Shown here in pieces: positions 10,855 through 19,827 of a DNA stretch of 64,000 nucleotides. Location: NCBI GenBank assembly GCA_963821525.1, contig CAWGED010000008.1, forward strand, positions 192,001 to 256,000. Direction: 5' to 3'. Below the pieces are notes generated by a model. It saw only the letters and a list, made by a program, of their open reading frames with translations. It ran no database searches and was not told the origin of the DNA. This DNA is from an uncultured Gemmatimonadales bacterium (GTDB taxonomy: Bacteria; Gemmatimonadota; Gemmatimonadetes; Gemmatimonadales; GWC2-71-9). The position numbers and the translations under genes are program-made. The number at the start of each line of letters is the position of its first letter. The stretch's first letter is position 1.

Positions 10855-11643
10855 ATGGCCCCAGACAACCCCCGCACCGGCCCTGACTTGCTGTTGCGCG
10901 ACAAGATCGTCGTCGTGACCGGGGCCTCGAGCGGGATCGGAAGGGCAATCGCGCTGGCCTGTGCCGCGGCTGGCGCCAATATCGCGACGACCTACCGCGC
11001 CAACCGGGATGGAGCCGACAAGGTCGTCGCGGAGATTAAAGCGTTGGGGCGGGAGTGCATCACGCTACAGGTGGACGTCACCGATGATGAAGACCTGGCG
11101 GAACTGGTGGGCGCGGTTCGAGACCGTTTCGGCCGGGTTGATGTCTGGATCAATAACGCCGGTGCCGACATTCTGACCGGCCAGGCAGCGGACCAGGATC
11201 GGTTCGAGAAGCTCGACGCGCTCCTGGAAGTTGACCTGAGAGGAACGATCGCCGCTTCATGGGTCGCGGCGGAGCTGATGCGAGGGCAGCCCGAGGGCGG
11301 CACCATCATCAACATGTCCTGGGATGGGGCGGTTCGCGGCCTAGGTGGAGAGAATCCCGAGCTCTTCTCTGCCGCCAAGGGAGGAGTGCTCAGCTTCAGC
11401 CGCTCGCTGGCAAAGTCACTGGCCCCCAAGATCCGGGTCAACATTCTCGGGCCGGGCTGGATCGAGACGGCGTTCGGCGAGATCGCACCGAGCGGATTCA
11501 AGGAAAAGGTGCGCCAAGCCATTCCGTTGGGACGCTGGGGGCGGCCGGAAGATGTGGCAGGTGCGGCGGTCTACCTCGCCTCAGACCTGGCTAACTACGT
11601 AACCGGGCAGCTGATCATGGTGAATGGAGGGGATGTGATGTGA
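10855..11643 (+). CDS. SDR-family oxidoreductase with atypical FxxxK catalytic motif
   Basis: VTGASSGIG, NNAG, IINMSWD, ELFSAAKG and PGWIET. Confidence 0.85.
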   Translation: MAPDNPRTGPDLLLRDKIVVVTGASSGIGRAIALACAAAGANIATTYRANRDGADKVVAEIKALGRECITLQVDVTDDEDLAELVGAVRDRFGRVDVWINNAGADILTGQAADQDRFEKLDALLEVDLRGTIAASWVAAELMRGQPEGGTIINMSWDGAVRGLGGENPELFSAAKGGVLSFSRSLAKSLAPKIRVNILGPGWIETAFGEIAPSGFKEKVRQAIPLGRWGRPEDVAGAAVYLASDLANYVTGQLIMVNGGDVM

Positions 11644-11644
11644 G

Positions 11645-11787
11645 ACGGACGGGCGGGAGGGCGGGAGGGCGGTAAGGCGGACGGGGCGGACAAGACGGAC
11701 AGGGCGGACAGGGCGGACAGGGCGGGCAGAGAAACGGGAGGACAGGCGACAAGAGCTGACAGCTAACAGCTAACGGCTGATGGCTGA
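11645..11787. repeat. Composite tandem array (GGACAGGGC 9-mer, then GCTGACA/GCTAACA 7-mer)
   Basis: Read directly in the spacer between the SDR and pcbD. Confidence 0.75.
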
Positions 11788-11802
11788 ATACAAGGAGACA
11801 CC

Positions 11803-12161
11803 ATGGCGACGAAAGAACGCACTTACAACGACGCGAGATAGCGGAGAAGCTGAAGGATCTTCCCGGCTGGTATCTGGAAGAGGGCTGGATCCGGCGGCAG
11901 TACAAGACCGATGGCTGGCTTACCACGCTGGCGTTGGTCAACACGATTGGGTTTCTCGCCGAGGCGGCGTATCACCATCCGGATCTCACCGTGACGTGGG
12001 CCAAGGTGTGGGTGAAGCTGCAGAACCATGCGGCCGGGGGCATCACCGACAAGGATTTCGAGCTGGCGCGAAAGATCGAAGACGTGGTGTTGTGGAAGCC
12101 GACTGGTGGCGCGCTCGAGGGGACCCCAAACAAGTGGGTACGGGCGGGGGATCCCAAATAG
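11803..12161 (+). CDS. pcbD: Pterin-4-alpha-carbinolamine dehydratase; frameshift near 11835
   Basis: AAGGAG RBS, MATKERTY, LPGW, AEAAYHHPDL and HAAGGITDKDFELA. Confidence 0.85.
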
Positions 12162-12236
12162 GCGGACAGGACGGACTCGGCGGAACAGGGCGGTCAACTC
12201 CAACGCCACGTCCGCCCTGACCGCCCCGACCGCCAT
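12161..12236. repeat. Inverted 9-mer array (GGCGGACAG ... CCGCCCTGA)
   Basis: Degenerate tandem arms in the spacer. Confidence 0.6.
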
Positions 12237-12243
12237 CCGTCGC

Positions 12244-13660
12244 ATGCCTGGCAACCATCGCAAGATCCTCTTCGTCACCGGCAAGCTCGCCGAACCAGCC
12301 CTCCGGCGAGTGCTGGAGGAGATGCAGCCCGAGTTCGCCTGGCAGGTGGCTGTCCTCCGGATCACCGTCGCCGCACTCATGACCACCGCCTGGATCGCCC
12401 GATTCCTCTCCGTGCCGGAGGGGACAGAGCTGGTGCTGATCCCGGGACTCTGTGAGGGCGACACCGCACTCATCAGCGATAAGGTTGGAGTGGAAGTCGA
12501 GAAGGGACCCAAAGACCTGCGCGAAATTCCCCAGTACTTCGGCCGGGCCGCGCTCGCGGTGGAATACGGCAGTTACGACATCGAAATCCTGGCAGAGATC
12601 AACAACGCTCCGCGCCTGAGCCGTGAGGCTCTATTCAAGGAAGCCGACTACTACCACCGCTCAGGGGCGGACGTCATCGACATCGGCTGTACTCCGGGAC
12701 TTGCATTCCCGTCTCTTGAACAGGTAGTGCGGGATCTCAGATCCGCGGGCCGGCGGGTAAGCATCGATTCCTTCGACGCCGACGAAATTCGGAGGGCAGT
12801 AGGCGCCGGCGCCGAGCTGGTGCTGAGTGTCAACGGGTCCAACCGGGAAGAAGTAGTGAACGACCTGCGCGGAACCGGCGCCAAGGTCGTCGCGATTCCC
12901 GACTTCGGAGCTGGATTGGAGACCCTCGAGCCGACACTCAACGCGCTGGAAAAGGCGGGTGTCTCCTTTCTCATCGATCCGGTCATCGAACCGATCGGGT
13001 TCAGCTTCATGGCCTCGCTCGAACGCTATGCCGAGATTCACCGCCGGTATCCCGAAGTCCCCCAGATGATGGGGATCGGCAATCTGACCGAGCTGACCAG
13101 CGCCGATACGACAGGGGTGAACGCGGTCCTCATCGCGATCTGTCAGGAGGTAGGTGTCAAGGCGATTCTCACCACCGAGGTAATACCGTGGGCCCGGGGA
13201 GTGGTGCGAGAGATCGACGTGGCCCGCCGGCTCATGTACCACGCGGTCACCCGGAAGACTCTTCCTAAAGGCGTGGACGACAGGCTCCTGACGGTGAAGG
13301 ATCCGAAGATCCTCACCTACGATGAAGCCGAGCTGCGCCAGCTGCAGTCGCAGGTGACCGACCCCAACTTCCGCATCTTCGCCGACCGGGAGACCATCAC
13401 CGTCTTCAACGACGAGTTGTTCATCCGCGGCACCGACATCCAGGAGATCTTCGATCAACTCGGCGTCGAGGATGCCAGTCACGCGTTCTACCTCGGCAAG
13501 GAGCTGATGAAGGCGAAGCTCGCCATCACCCTGGGGAAGACATACCGGCAGGAGGGACAGCTCGAGTGGGGTTATCTCACGCCGCCGGATGAGCCGAAGC
13601 GGGAGCATGTGAAGATCGCGAAGAGAGGCGGGAAAGGCGGGAAGGGACGGCGAGGCATGA
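12244..13660 (+). CDS. Dihydropteroate-synthase-like protein (orf20; DUF6513 + pterin-binding + DUF4346); as sequenced, in frame with pabB
   Basis: LFVTGKLA, VAALMT, KGPKDLR, GADVIDIG, SIDSF, DPVIEPIGF, GNLTEL, HAFYLGKEL and YRQE. Confidence 0.85.
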
Positions 13661-15093
13661 CGCTGCCATTGGTCGAAGAGCTGGTGCCCTGCCCCGATCC
13701 GGTCGCAACCTGCGCCCGGCTGCTGGGTCAGCCCCACCTGCTTTTCCTCGACAGCGCAGCCGACCCGGAACGCCTGGGGCGGCATTCCTACCTCACCGCC
13801 GCACCGGCGATGATGCTGCGAGGCAAGGGTCGCGGGCCGGGCCCGAATGCACTGGAGCAGGCGCGCGCGCTGCTGGCTCAGCATCAGGCGGAACCGGTCC
13901 CCGAGCTTCCGCCCTTTCAGGGTGGGCTGGCGGGCTACATCGGCTACGACTTCGGCGCGGTGCTGGAACGGCTCCCCGCTCCACGGTTCGACGACCTTGC
14001 CCTGCCCGATGCGGCACTTGGTCTCTACGACTGGGTCATCGCGTGGGATCACCGGCAGGGACGGGCGTGGATCGTCTCGACCGGCATGCCCGGAGAAGGT
14101 GCAGCACGCCCGCGACGCGCGGCGGAACGGCTCGCCTGGGTGAAGCGCCAACTCGCGGGACCGGCAGCGGGAGCCGGAGGCAGAGCCCTCCACTCCCACC
14201 GCATCGCTGCTCCCGCGCCCTCCTATCCGGTCGCCGGATTCGAGCATGCCGAACAGATCGGACTCCGCTCCTCCTTCACTCACCGCGGGTATCTCGACGC
14301 GGTGAGCAGAGTTCGGGACTACATCATCGCGGGCGACATCTTCCAGGCGAACCTTTCGCAGCGCCTCGAGGTGCCGCTCGAAGAAGACCCCTGGCACCTC
14401 TACCGACGACTTCGGGAAGTGAACCCCGCTCCCTTCGCCGCGTATCTGGAATTCGACGGTGTCGCGGTGGCCAGCGCGTCACCCGAGAGATTTCTCCGAT
14501 TGGATGAGGCCGGACAAGTGGAGACGCGTCCGATCAAGGGCACTCGGCCGAGGGGTCTCTCGCCGCTGCACGACGCCGCCCTGTCCCAATCGCTCGCCGA
14601 CAGCGAAAAGGACAGGGCGGAAAACCTGATGATCGTGGACCTGCTGCGGAACGACCTCTCGCGAACCTGCCTGCCGGGTTCGGTCCGGGTTCCCGAGCTG
14701 TTCGCGCTGGAGCACTATCCCACGGTGCACCATCTGGTCTCGACCGTTACCGGCCAGATGCGGCCGGGCACCGGTGCCACCGACCTCCTCACAGCGGCAT
14801 TTCCGGGCGGGTCCATCACCGGAGCGCCCAAGGTGCGGGCGATGGAGATCATTGCCGAATTGGAGCCGTCTCGCCGAGGCGTCTACTGCGGCTCTATCGG
14901 ATACATGAGCATCACAGGCGCCATGGATACCAGCATCGTGATCCGGACGCTGGTGGCGCTGGGCGGCCGAGCCTATTTCTCGGTCGGCGGAGGGATCGTG
15001 GCCGATTCCGACCCGGAGCAGGAATACCGGGAAACGCTCGACAAGGGACGTGCCCTGGTGAACGCGCTCGCCGGCGGAGTCACCACCCCATGA
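13657..15093 (+). CDS. pabB: Aminodeoxychorismate synthase component I
   Basis: FQGGLAGYIGYD, GDIFQANL, SPERFL, PIKGT, KDRAENLMIVDL, GSITGAPK and GGGIVADS. Confidence 0.9.
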   Translation: MTLPLVEELVPCPDPVATCARLLGQPHLLFLDSAADPERLGRHSYLTAAPAMMLRGKGRGPGPNALEQARALLAQHQAEPVPELPPFQGGLAGYIGYDFGAVLERLPAPRFDDLALPDAALGLYDWVIAWDHRQGRAWIVSTGMPGEGAARPRRAAERLAWVKRQLAGPAAGAGGRALHSHRIAAPAPSYPVAGFEHAEQIGLRSSFTHRGYLDAVSRVRDYIIAGDIFQANLSQRLEVPLEEDPWHLYRRLREVNPAPFAAYLEFDGVAVASASPERFLRLDEAGQVETRPIKGTRPRGLSPLHDAALSQSLADSEKDRAENLMIVDLLRNDLSRTCLPGSVRVPELFALEHYPTVHHLVSTVTGQMRPGTGATDLLTAAFPGGSITGAPKVRAMEIIAELEPSRRGVYCGSIGYMSITGAMDTSIVIRTLVALGGRAYFSVGGGIVADSDPEQEYRETLDKGRALVNALAGGVTTP

Positions 15094-15758
15094 TCCTGCT
15101 GATCGACAACTACGACAGCTTCGTGTACAACCTGGCTCGCTATGTGGCGGAGTTGGGCCAGGAGCCGGTCGTCCGCCGGAACGATTCGATCACCCTCGAT
15201 GAGATTCCCGCCCTGCAGCCGAGCCACATCATCATCAGCCCGGGGCCCTGCTCACCTGTTGAAGCAGGAATCTCCACCGAGCTGATCCAGCGGTTCGGCG
15301 GCTCGATTCCGATCCTCGGCGTGTGCCTCGGCCACCAGTGCATCGGTGCGGCCTACGGCGGAGAGATTGTACGCGCCAAACGGCCAATGCACGGCAAGAC
15401 CTCTCGAATCCATCACCAGGGTGAAGGGATTTTCGCCGGCCTGCCGAGCCCATTCCTCGCGACCCGTTATCACTCCCTGGTGATCGCTCCAGAATCGGTG
15501 CCTCCGGAGCTTCGGGTCATGGCGACAGCGGAAGACGGGGAGATCATGGCCGTCGCCCATGCCACTCACCCTGTTGTCGGTGTACAGTTCCATCCCGAGT
15601 CGGTACTCACCGAACACGGGTACCGCATGCTGGATCAGTTCCTGACCGGGGGCCGGGGAGTGAATGTGCCGGAACGGGCCGACCGGGCGTCCGTGCCCAA
15701 GGCAGCAGTGCCGGCAGATCTGGCCAGCGCACCTCCGCCCGCCGATCTGGTTCGATAG
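15090..15758 (+). CDS. pabA: Aminodeoxychorismate/anthranilate synthase component II (GATase)
   Basis: IDNYDSF, SPGP, GVCLGHQ, RYHSL and QFHPES. Confidence 0.92.
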   Translation: MILLIDNYDSFVYNLARYVAELGQEPVVRRNDSITLDEIPALQPSHIIISPGPCSPVEAGISTELIQRFGGSIPILGVCLGHQCIGAAYGGEIVRAKRPMHGKTSRIHHQGEGIFAGLPSPFLATRYHSLVIAPESVPPELRVMATAEDGEIMAVAHATHPVVGVQFHPESVLTEHGYRMLDQFLTGGRGVNVPERADRASVPKAAVPADLASAPPPADLVR

Positions 15759-15783
15759 TCCTTCCCTCAAGGAGTTGCAACGC

Positions 15784-17635
15784 ATGTCGAAGTGTTTTGC
15801 CCTGGTCGCGGCGGTCTGCTGCGCCCAACTGCCACTCGCCGCTCAAACCCCCGATACCCTGCGGTACCAGCTCACCTCGGTGATGGTGCCGATGCGGGAC
15901 GGGGTGCGTCTCAATACCCACATCTACGCTCCCCAGGGTCAGAAGGACCCGCTGCCCTTCGTGATGGTGCGAACGCCCTATGGAATCGAAGCCGATTCAA
16001 TGGCGCTCAAGGGCCCGTACAAGACCATGGCGGATCAGGGCTACATCTTCGTGTCTCAGGACATACGAGGCCGCTACGCTTCGGAAGGCCAATTCCTGAT
16101 GAACCGGCCCTTGCACGACCCGGCCGATTCCACGGGAGTGGATGAGAGTACCGATACCTACGACACCGTCGACTGGCTATTGAAGAATGTGCCCGAACAA
16201 CAGCGGAGCCGTAGGAGTACTGGGAATCTCCTACCCCGGTTGGCTGGCCGCGATGGCAGGGATCAATCCCCATCCTGCCGTGAAGGCGGTCTCGCCTCAG
16301 GCACCGATGACCGACACCTGGATGGGAGACGATTTCTTTCACCAGGGCGCGTTCCGCCAGTCGTACGGTTTCGAGTACGCTGCAGATCTGGAGCTTTCGA
16401 AGGATGAGTCGGTTCCACTCCCGATCGACCGCTACGACACCTACGACTTCTATCTCGCTCACAGCCCACTCTCAAAGCTGACCGACCTGCTTGCAGGGAA
16501 AGTCCAGACCTGGACCAACTTCGTCGCCCATCCCAACTACGACGCCTTCTGGAAGGCGCGTTCGCTGCCAACCTATTTGACCCGGCTGAGCGTACCTACA
16601 CTCACGGTCGGCGGGTGGTGGGACCAGGAAGACTTCTACGGCGCGATCAAGACCTACGCCACGCTCGAGCCGCTCGACAGCGCTGGCAGAAACTCCGTCG
16701 TGCTCGGGCCCTGGAATCACGGCAGCTGGAGCCGCGGCAAGGGAGACAAGCTGGGCAACATCTCGTTCGGGAGTAACACGAGCGAGTTCTACCGGGACTC
16801 GGTACAGGCGCCCTGGTTCGCCTACTGGCTCAAGGGCAAAGGCCAAGGCCGTTTCCCCGAGGCGCTGGTGTTCGAGTCGGGATCCAACAAGTGGAGAACC
16901 TTCGATACCTGGCCGCCCAAGTCGCAGACGCTGGAGAAGCGCCTCTACTTCCGGGAGAACGGTCTGCTGTCATTCGCGCCGCCGCCCCTCCCCGACGGCA
17001 AGCAGCCAGCCTCGAGCCTGATGGACAGCTATGTCTCCGACCCGGCTCATCCGGTGCCGTATCGGCGGCGGCCAGTTCAGCAGACCTACGATCAACGGGG
17101 CTCAAATTGGCGGGTGTGGCTCACAGAGGACCAGCGCTTCGTGCAGGGCCGGCCCGACGTGCTCACCTGGCAGACTCCGCCGCTGACCGAGGATGTAGCC
17201 ATCGCCGGAAACATCACCGGGGACCTGTTCGCTTCAACAACGGGGAGTGATGCGGACTGGGTGGTGAAGCTGATCGACGTTTATCCCGACAGCGTGCCCG
17301 ACGATTGGCCCATGGGGGGATATCAGTTCATGGTGGCGAGCGACATCCTCCGTGGCCGCTTCCGGCAGGGATTCGAGAAGCCGGTCGCTATCGCGCCGAA
17401 CAAGGTGGCGGAGTACACGGTGGATCTGCACCAGCAGAGCTATCGCTTCCTCAAGGGGCACCGCATCATGGTCCAGGTCCAGAGCACCTGGTTCCCGCTG
17501 TACGATCGGAATCCGCAGACCTTCGTACCCAACATCTTCCTGGCGAAGCCGGAGGATTTTAAGGCTCAGACGCACCGGATCTATCGGAGTGCGAAGTATT
17601 CGTCGAATGTGACCGTGTCGGTATTGAAGGAATAG
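15784..17635 (+). CDS. Secreted CocE/NonD-family hydrolase; frameshift near 16198
   Basis: Signal peptide, MRDGVRL, RTPY, QDIRGR, nucleophile GISYPG, WDQED and GPWNHG. Confidence 0.88.
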
Positions 17636-17725
17636 GTGTCAGGTATCAGGTGTCAGGTGTCAGGGAACAGCGGTCAAATCCGACAACCCCGACCTCTGAC
17701 ACCTAACCCCTGACACCTGACCCCT
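17634..17725. repeat. Inverted heptamer array (AGGTGTC x4 ... GACACCT-like x4)
   Basis: Read directly from the sequence. Confidence 0.85.
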
Positions 17726-18295
17726 ATGATCATCGAATCCATCCTCACAACCATGGACCCCTCGGGCGTCGTCAACTACGCGCCCATGGGTGTCGAGTGG
17801 GGGGAGGAGACGATCGTGATCAAGCCTTTCCTCGAGACCACAACCTTTCGGAACCTGAAGGCGACTGGCGTCGCCGTGGTGAATCTCACCGATGACGTCA
17901 TGCTCTTCGCCCGCGGGGCGACCGAAAACGTGACCTTGCCCTCGGGACCGGCGGCTGTAGTGAAGGGAGTAGTGATCGACGCCGCCTGCTCCTGGCGCGA
18001 GGTCGAGGTCGTCTCCATCGACGACACGCCTCCCCGCTCCCGAATCGTGACCCGGGTCGTCCACCAGGGATTCCGGCGGGAGTTCCTCGGCTTCAACCGG
18101 GCCCGCCATGCGGTGCTGGAGGCGGCCATTCTCGCCACCCGAACCCACCTGATTCCAGCGGAGGAAATTCGGCGCGAATACGAGCGGCTTCAGATCATCG
18201 TGGACAAGACCGCGGGTCCTCGCGAGCAAGAGGCGATGTCGTTCCTCAAGTCTGTCGTTGCCACCCGGCTCGGCGCCGTCGCATCAACCGGATGA
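17726..18295 (+). CDS. DUF447-family protein (split-barrel; linked to H4MPT clusters)
   Basis: ESILTT, NYAPMG, PF.ETTT..NL, GFNRA.HAVLEAAILATR and IVDKT. Confidence 0.85.
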   Translation: MIIESILTTMDPSGVVNYAPMGVEWGEETIVIKPFLETTTFRNLKATGVAVVNLTDDVMLFARGATENVTLPSGPAAVVKGVVIDAACSWREVEVVSIDDTPPRSRIVTRVVHQGFRREFLGFNRARHAVLEAAILATRTHLIPAEEIRREYERLQIIVDKTAGPREQEAMSFLKSVVATRLGAVASTG

Positions 18296-19281
18296 GTGCG
18301 CTCGAGCAGCTCCCAACCCGGATCACGGTCGAGGCCCCGGCGCGCCTCCACTTCGGAGTTCTGGATCTGCGGGGTCACCTGGGCCGCAGATTCGGGGGGA
18401 TCGGCGCCGCGATTCCGGTCCCTGCGGTGCGGCTCGAGGTAACTCGGAACGAGTCCATTACCGCCGAGGGGCCGGACGCTGGACGGGCGCTGGAGTTCGC
18501 CCGCCGCTTTCTCGCCAGCTACCGGCTCAAGGGCGGCGCGCACCTTTGCGTCGCGCAAACCATTCCGCCTCACGTCGGACTCGGCTCCGGCACTCAGCTC
18601 GCGTTGGCTGTGGGCCGCGCCCTCGCCGAGTTACACGGCATTCAGGTCGAACCACCGGCGCTGGCCCGTGCCGTAGGGAGAGGTGTCCGCTCGGCGATCG
18701 GCACCTGGGTCTTCGCGCTGGGTGGCTTCGTTCTCGAAGGAGGCCGGAGGCCGGGAAGTGACGGCGTCGCCCCACTCATCTCGAGGCTCCCGATGCCGTC
18801 CGCCTGGCAGGCGGTGATCGCGATCCCGCAAGGAACACCCGGTTTGAGCGGAGAGACCGAGGCGGAGGCCTTCGCGAAGTTGCCGCCCCCATCGGAGCAG
18901 GAGGTCGAGCGAGTGGCGCATCTGGTCCTGATGCAGCTGCTGCCGGCGCTCGCGGAAGCCGATCTGGCAGACTTCGGCGCCGCGCTTTCGGAGATCCAGC
19001 GGATCACCGGCGCCTGGTTCTCTGGAGCGCAGGGGGGAGCGTTTGCCGCGGGGGCGAGCGCGCAGCTGGTTCGGCTCCTGGCGGAATTCGGGGCCCAAGG
19101 TGTGGGGCAAAGCTCTTGGGGCCCAACGGTTTACGGACTTACGCCAGACACAGATTCGGCCCGCGATCTGGCCAGCCGGGTGCGGGCAAGACTAGGAGAT
19201 TCCGGGGTGGTTTATCAGACCGGATTCGCCCAGCGCGGTGCGCTGGTGCATACCGATTGGACAGCCGTGGGACGTGATTGA
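18292..19281 (+). CDS. mptG: Beta-ribofuranosylaminobenzene 5'-phosphate synthase (GHMP kinase fold)
   Basis: PARLHFG..DL, FGGIG, HVGLGSGTQL, RG.RSAIG, GGFVLEGG and GQSSWGPT. Confidence 0.92.
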   Translation: MSALEQLPTRITVEAPARLHFGVLDLRGHLGRRFGGIGAAIPVPAVRLEVTRNESITAEGPDAGRALEFARRFLASYRLKGGAHLCVAQTIPPHVGLGSGTQLALAVGRALAELHGIQVEPPALARAVGRGVRSAIGTWVFALGGFVLEGGRRPGSDGVAPLISRLPMPSAWQAVIAIPQGTPGLSGETEAEAFAKLPPPSEQEVERVAHLVLMQLLPALAEADLADFGAALSEIQRITGAWFSGAQGGAFAAGASAQLVRLLAEFGAQGVGQSSWGPTVYGLTPDTDSARDLASRVRARLGDSGVVYQTGFAQRGALVHTDWTAVGRD

Positions 19282-19306
19282 CAGGTTTTAAGACGGCTGA
19301 TAACAT
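19278..19306 (+). promoter_or_regulatory. Sigma70 promoter TTGACA-N17-TAACAT for the xox operon
   Basis: Perfect -35 (19278-19283), 17-bp spacer and 5/6-like -10 (19301-19306) in a GC-rich genome. Confidence 0.75.
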
Positions 19307-19827
19307 AGTGCCTCTCTGATCGGGCGGGTTCCTTGGCCGGGAACCTTCCCCGAGGCTGCGGGTATCGAAGTCGTGTACCCCAAGTCTCTACAGGGATCGC
19401 GGTAACCTCCCTGGCCTTGGTTTCACACCGACATTTTCTAGCCTATGTCTCGACTCCTTGGTTCAATGGGAGATCGAAGCCATTCAGCGGCGCTCTGAGG
19501 CACTTCATGGGCGTTGGGTCTGGTATCTGCAATCGCGATTATTCGAATCGCTCGGCCCGTCCACATCGGATGGGAATGAGCGACGCTAACTACGCCGGTC
19601 TCCCCAATAATTGCGGCGGGTATACGGGATGGTGGTGGGGGGCATCGGAGACAGACATCGCAACGGTCGTTCGGCCATAGCAAGACAGGTCGGACGGCCG
19701 TTGGTGTTTGTAGGGAAGTTGTTTCCTGGCACTGAGGACGGACGGAGCGGGTGCGCTCACGCCGGAGCGGACCACCGAAAGTCTTTGGTGCTGAAGTAGC
19801 GCAGCAGTAGGGCAGTCACCCTTCATC

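Noticed and set aside
12661..14397. Long antisense ORFs (also 19876-21126, 29478-30617, 42140-43162, 48545-49777)
   Set aside because: Shadow frames of GC-rich genes with no recognisable motifs.
19321..19420. Assignment to a known riboswitch (e.g. Moco-like CAGGG...CCTCCC)
   Set aside because: Only fragments resemble the motif and the required stems are missing. Kept only as an unnamed structured-leader candidate.
19507..19680. Short ORF containing WWW (attenuator-like leader peptide)
   Set aside because: No clear RBS, no terminator/antiterminator with a U-tract, and no link to Trp metabolism.
19307..19827. PqqA precursor peptide in the xoxF upstream region
   Set aside because: No short ORF with ExxxY. 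The nearest match (IEVVY) has the wrong spacing and no start codon.
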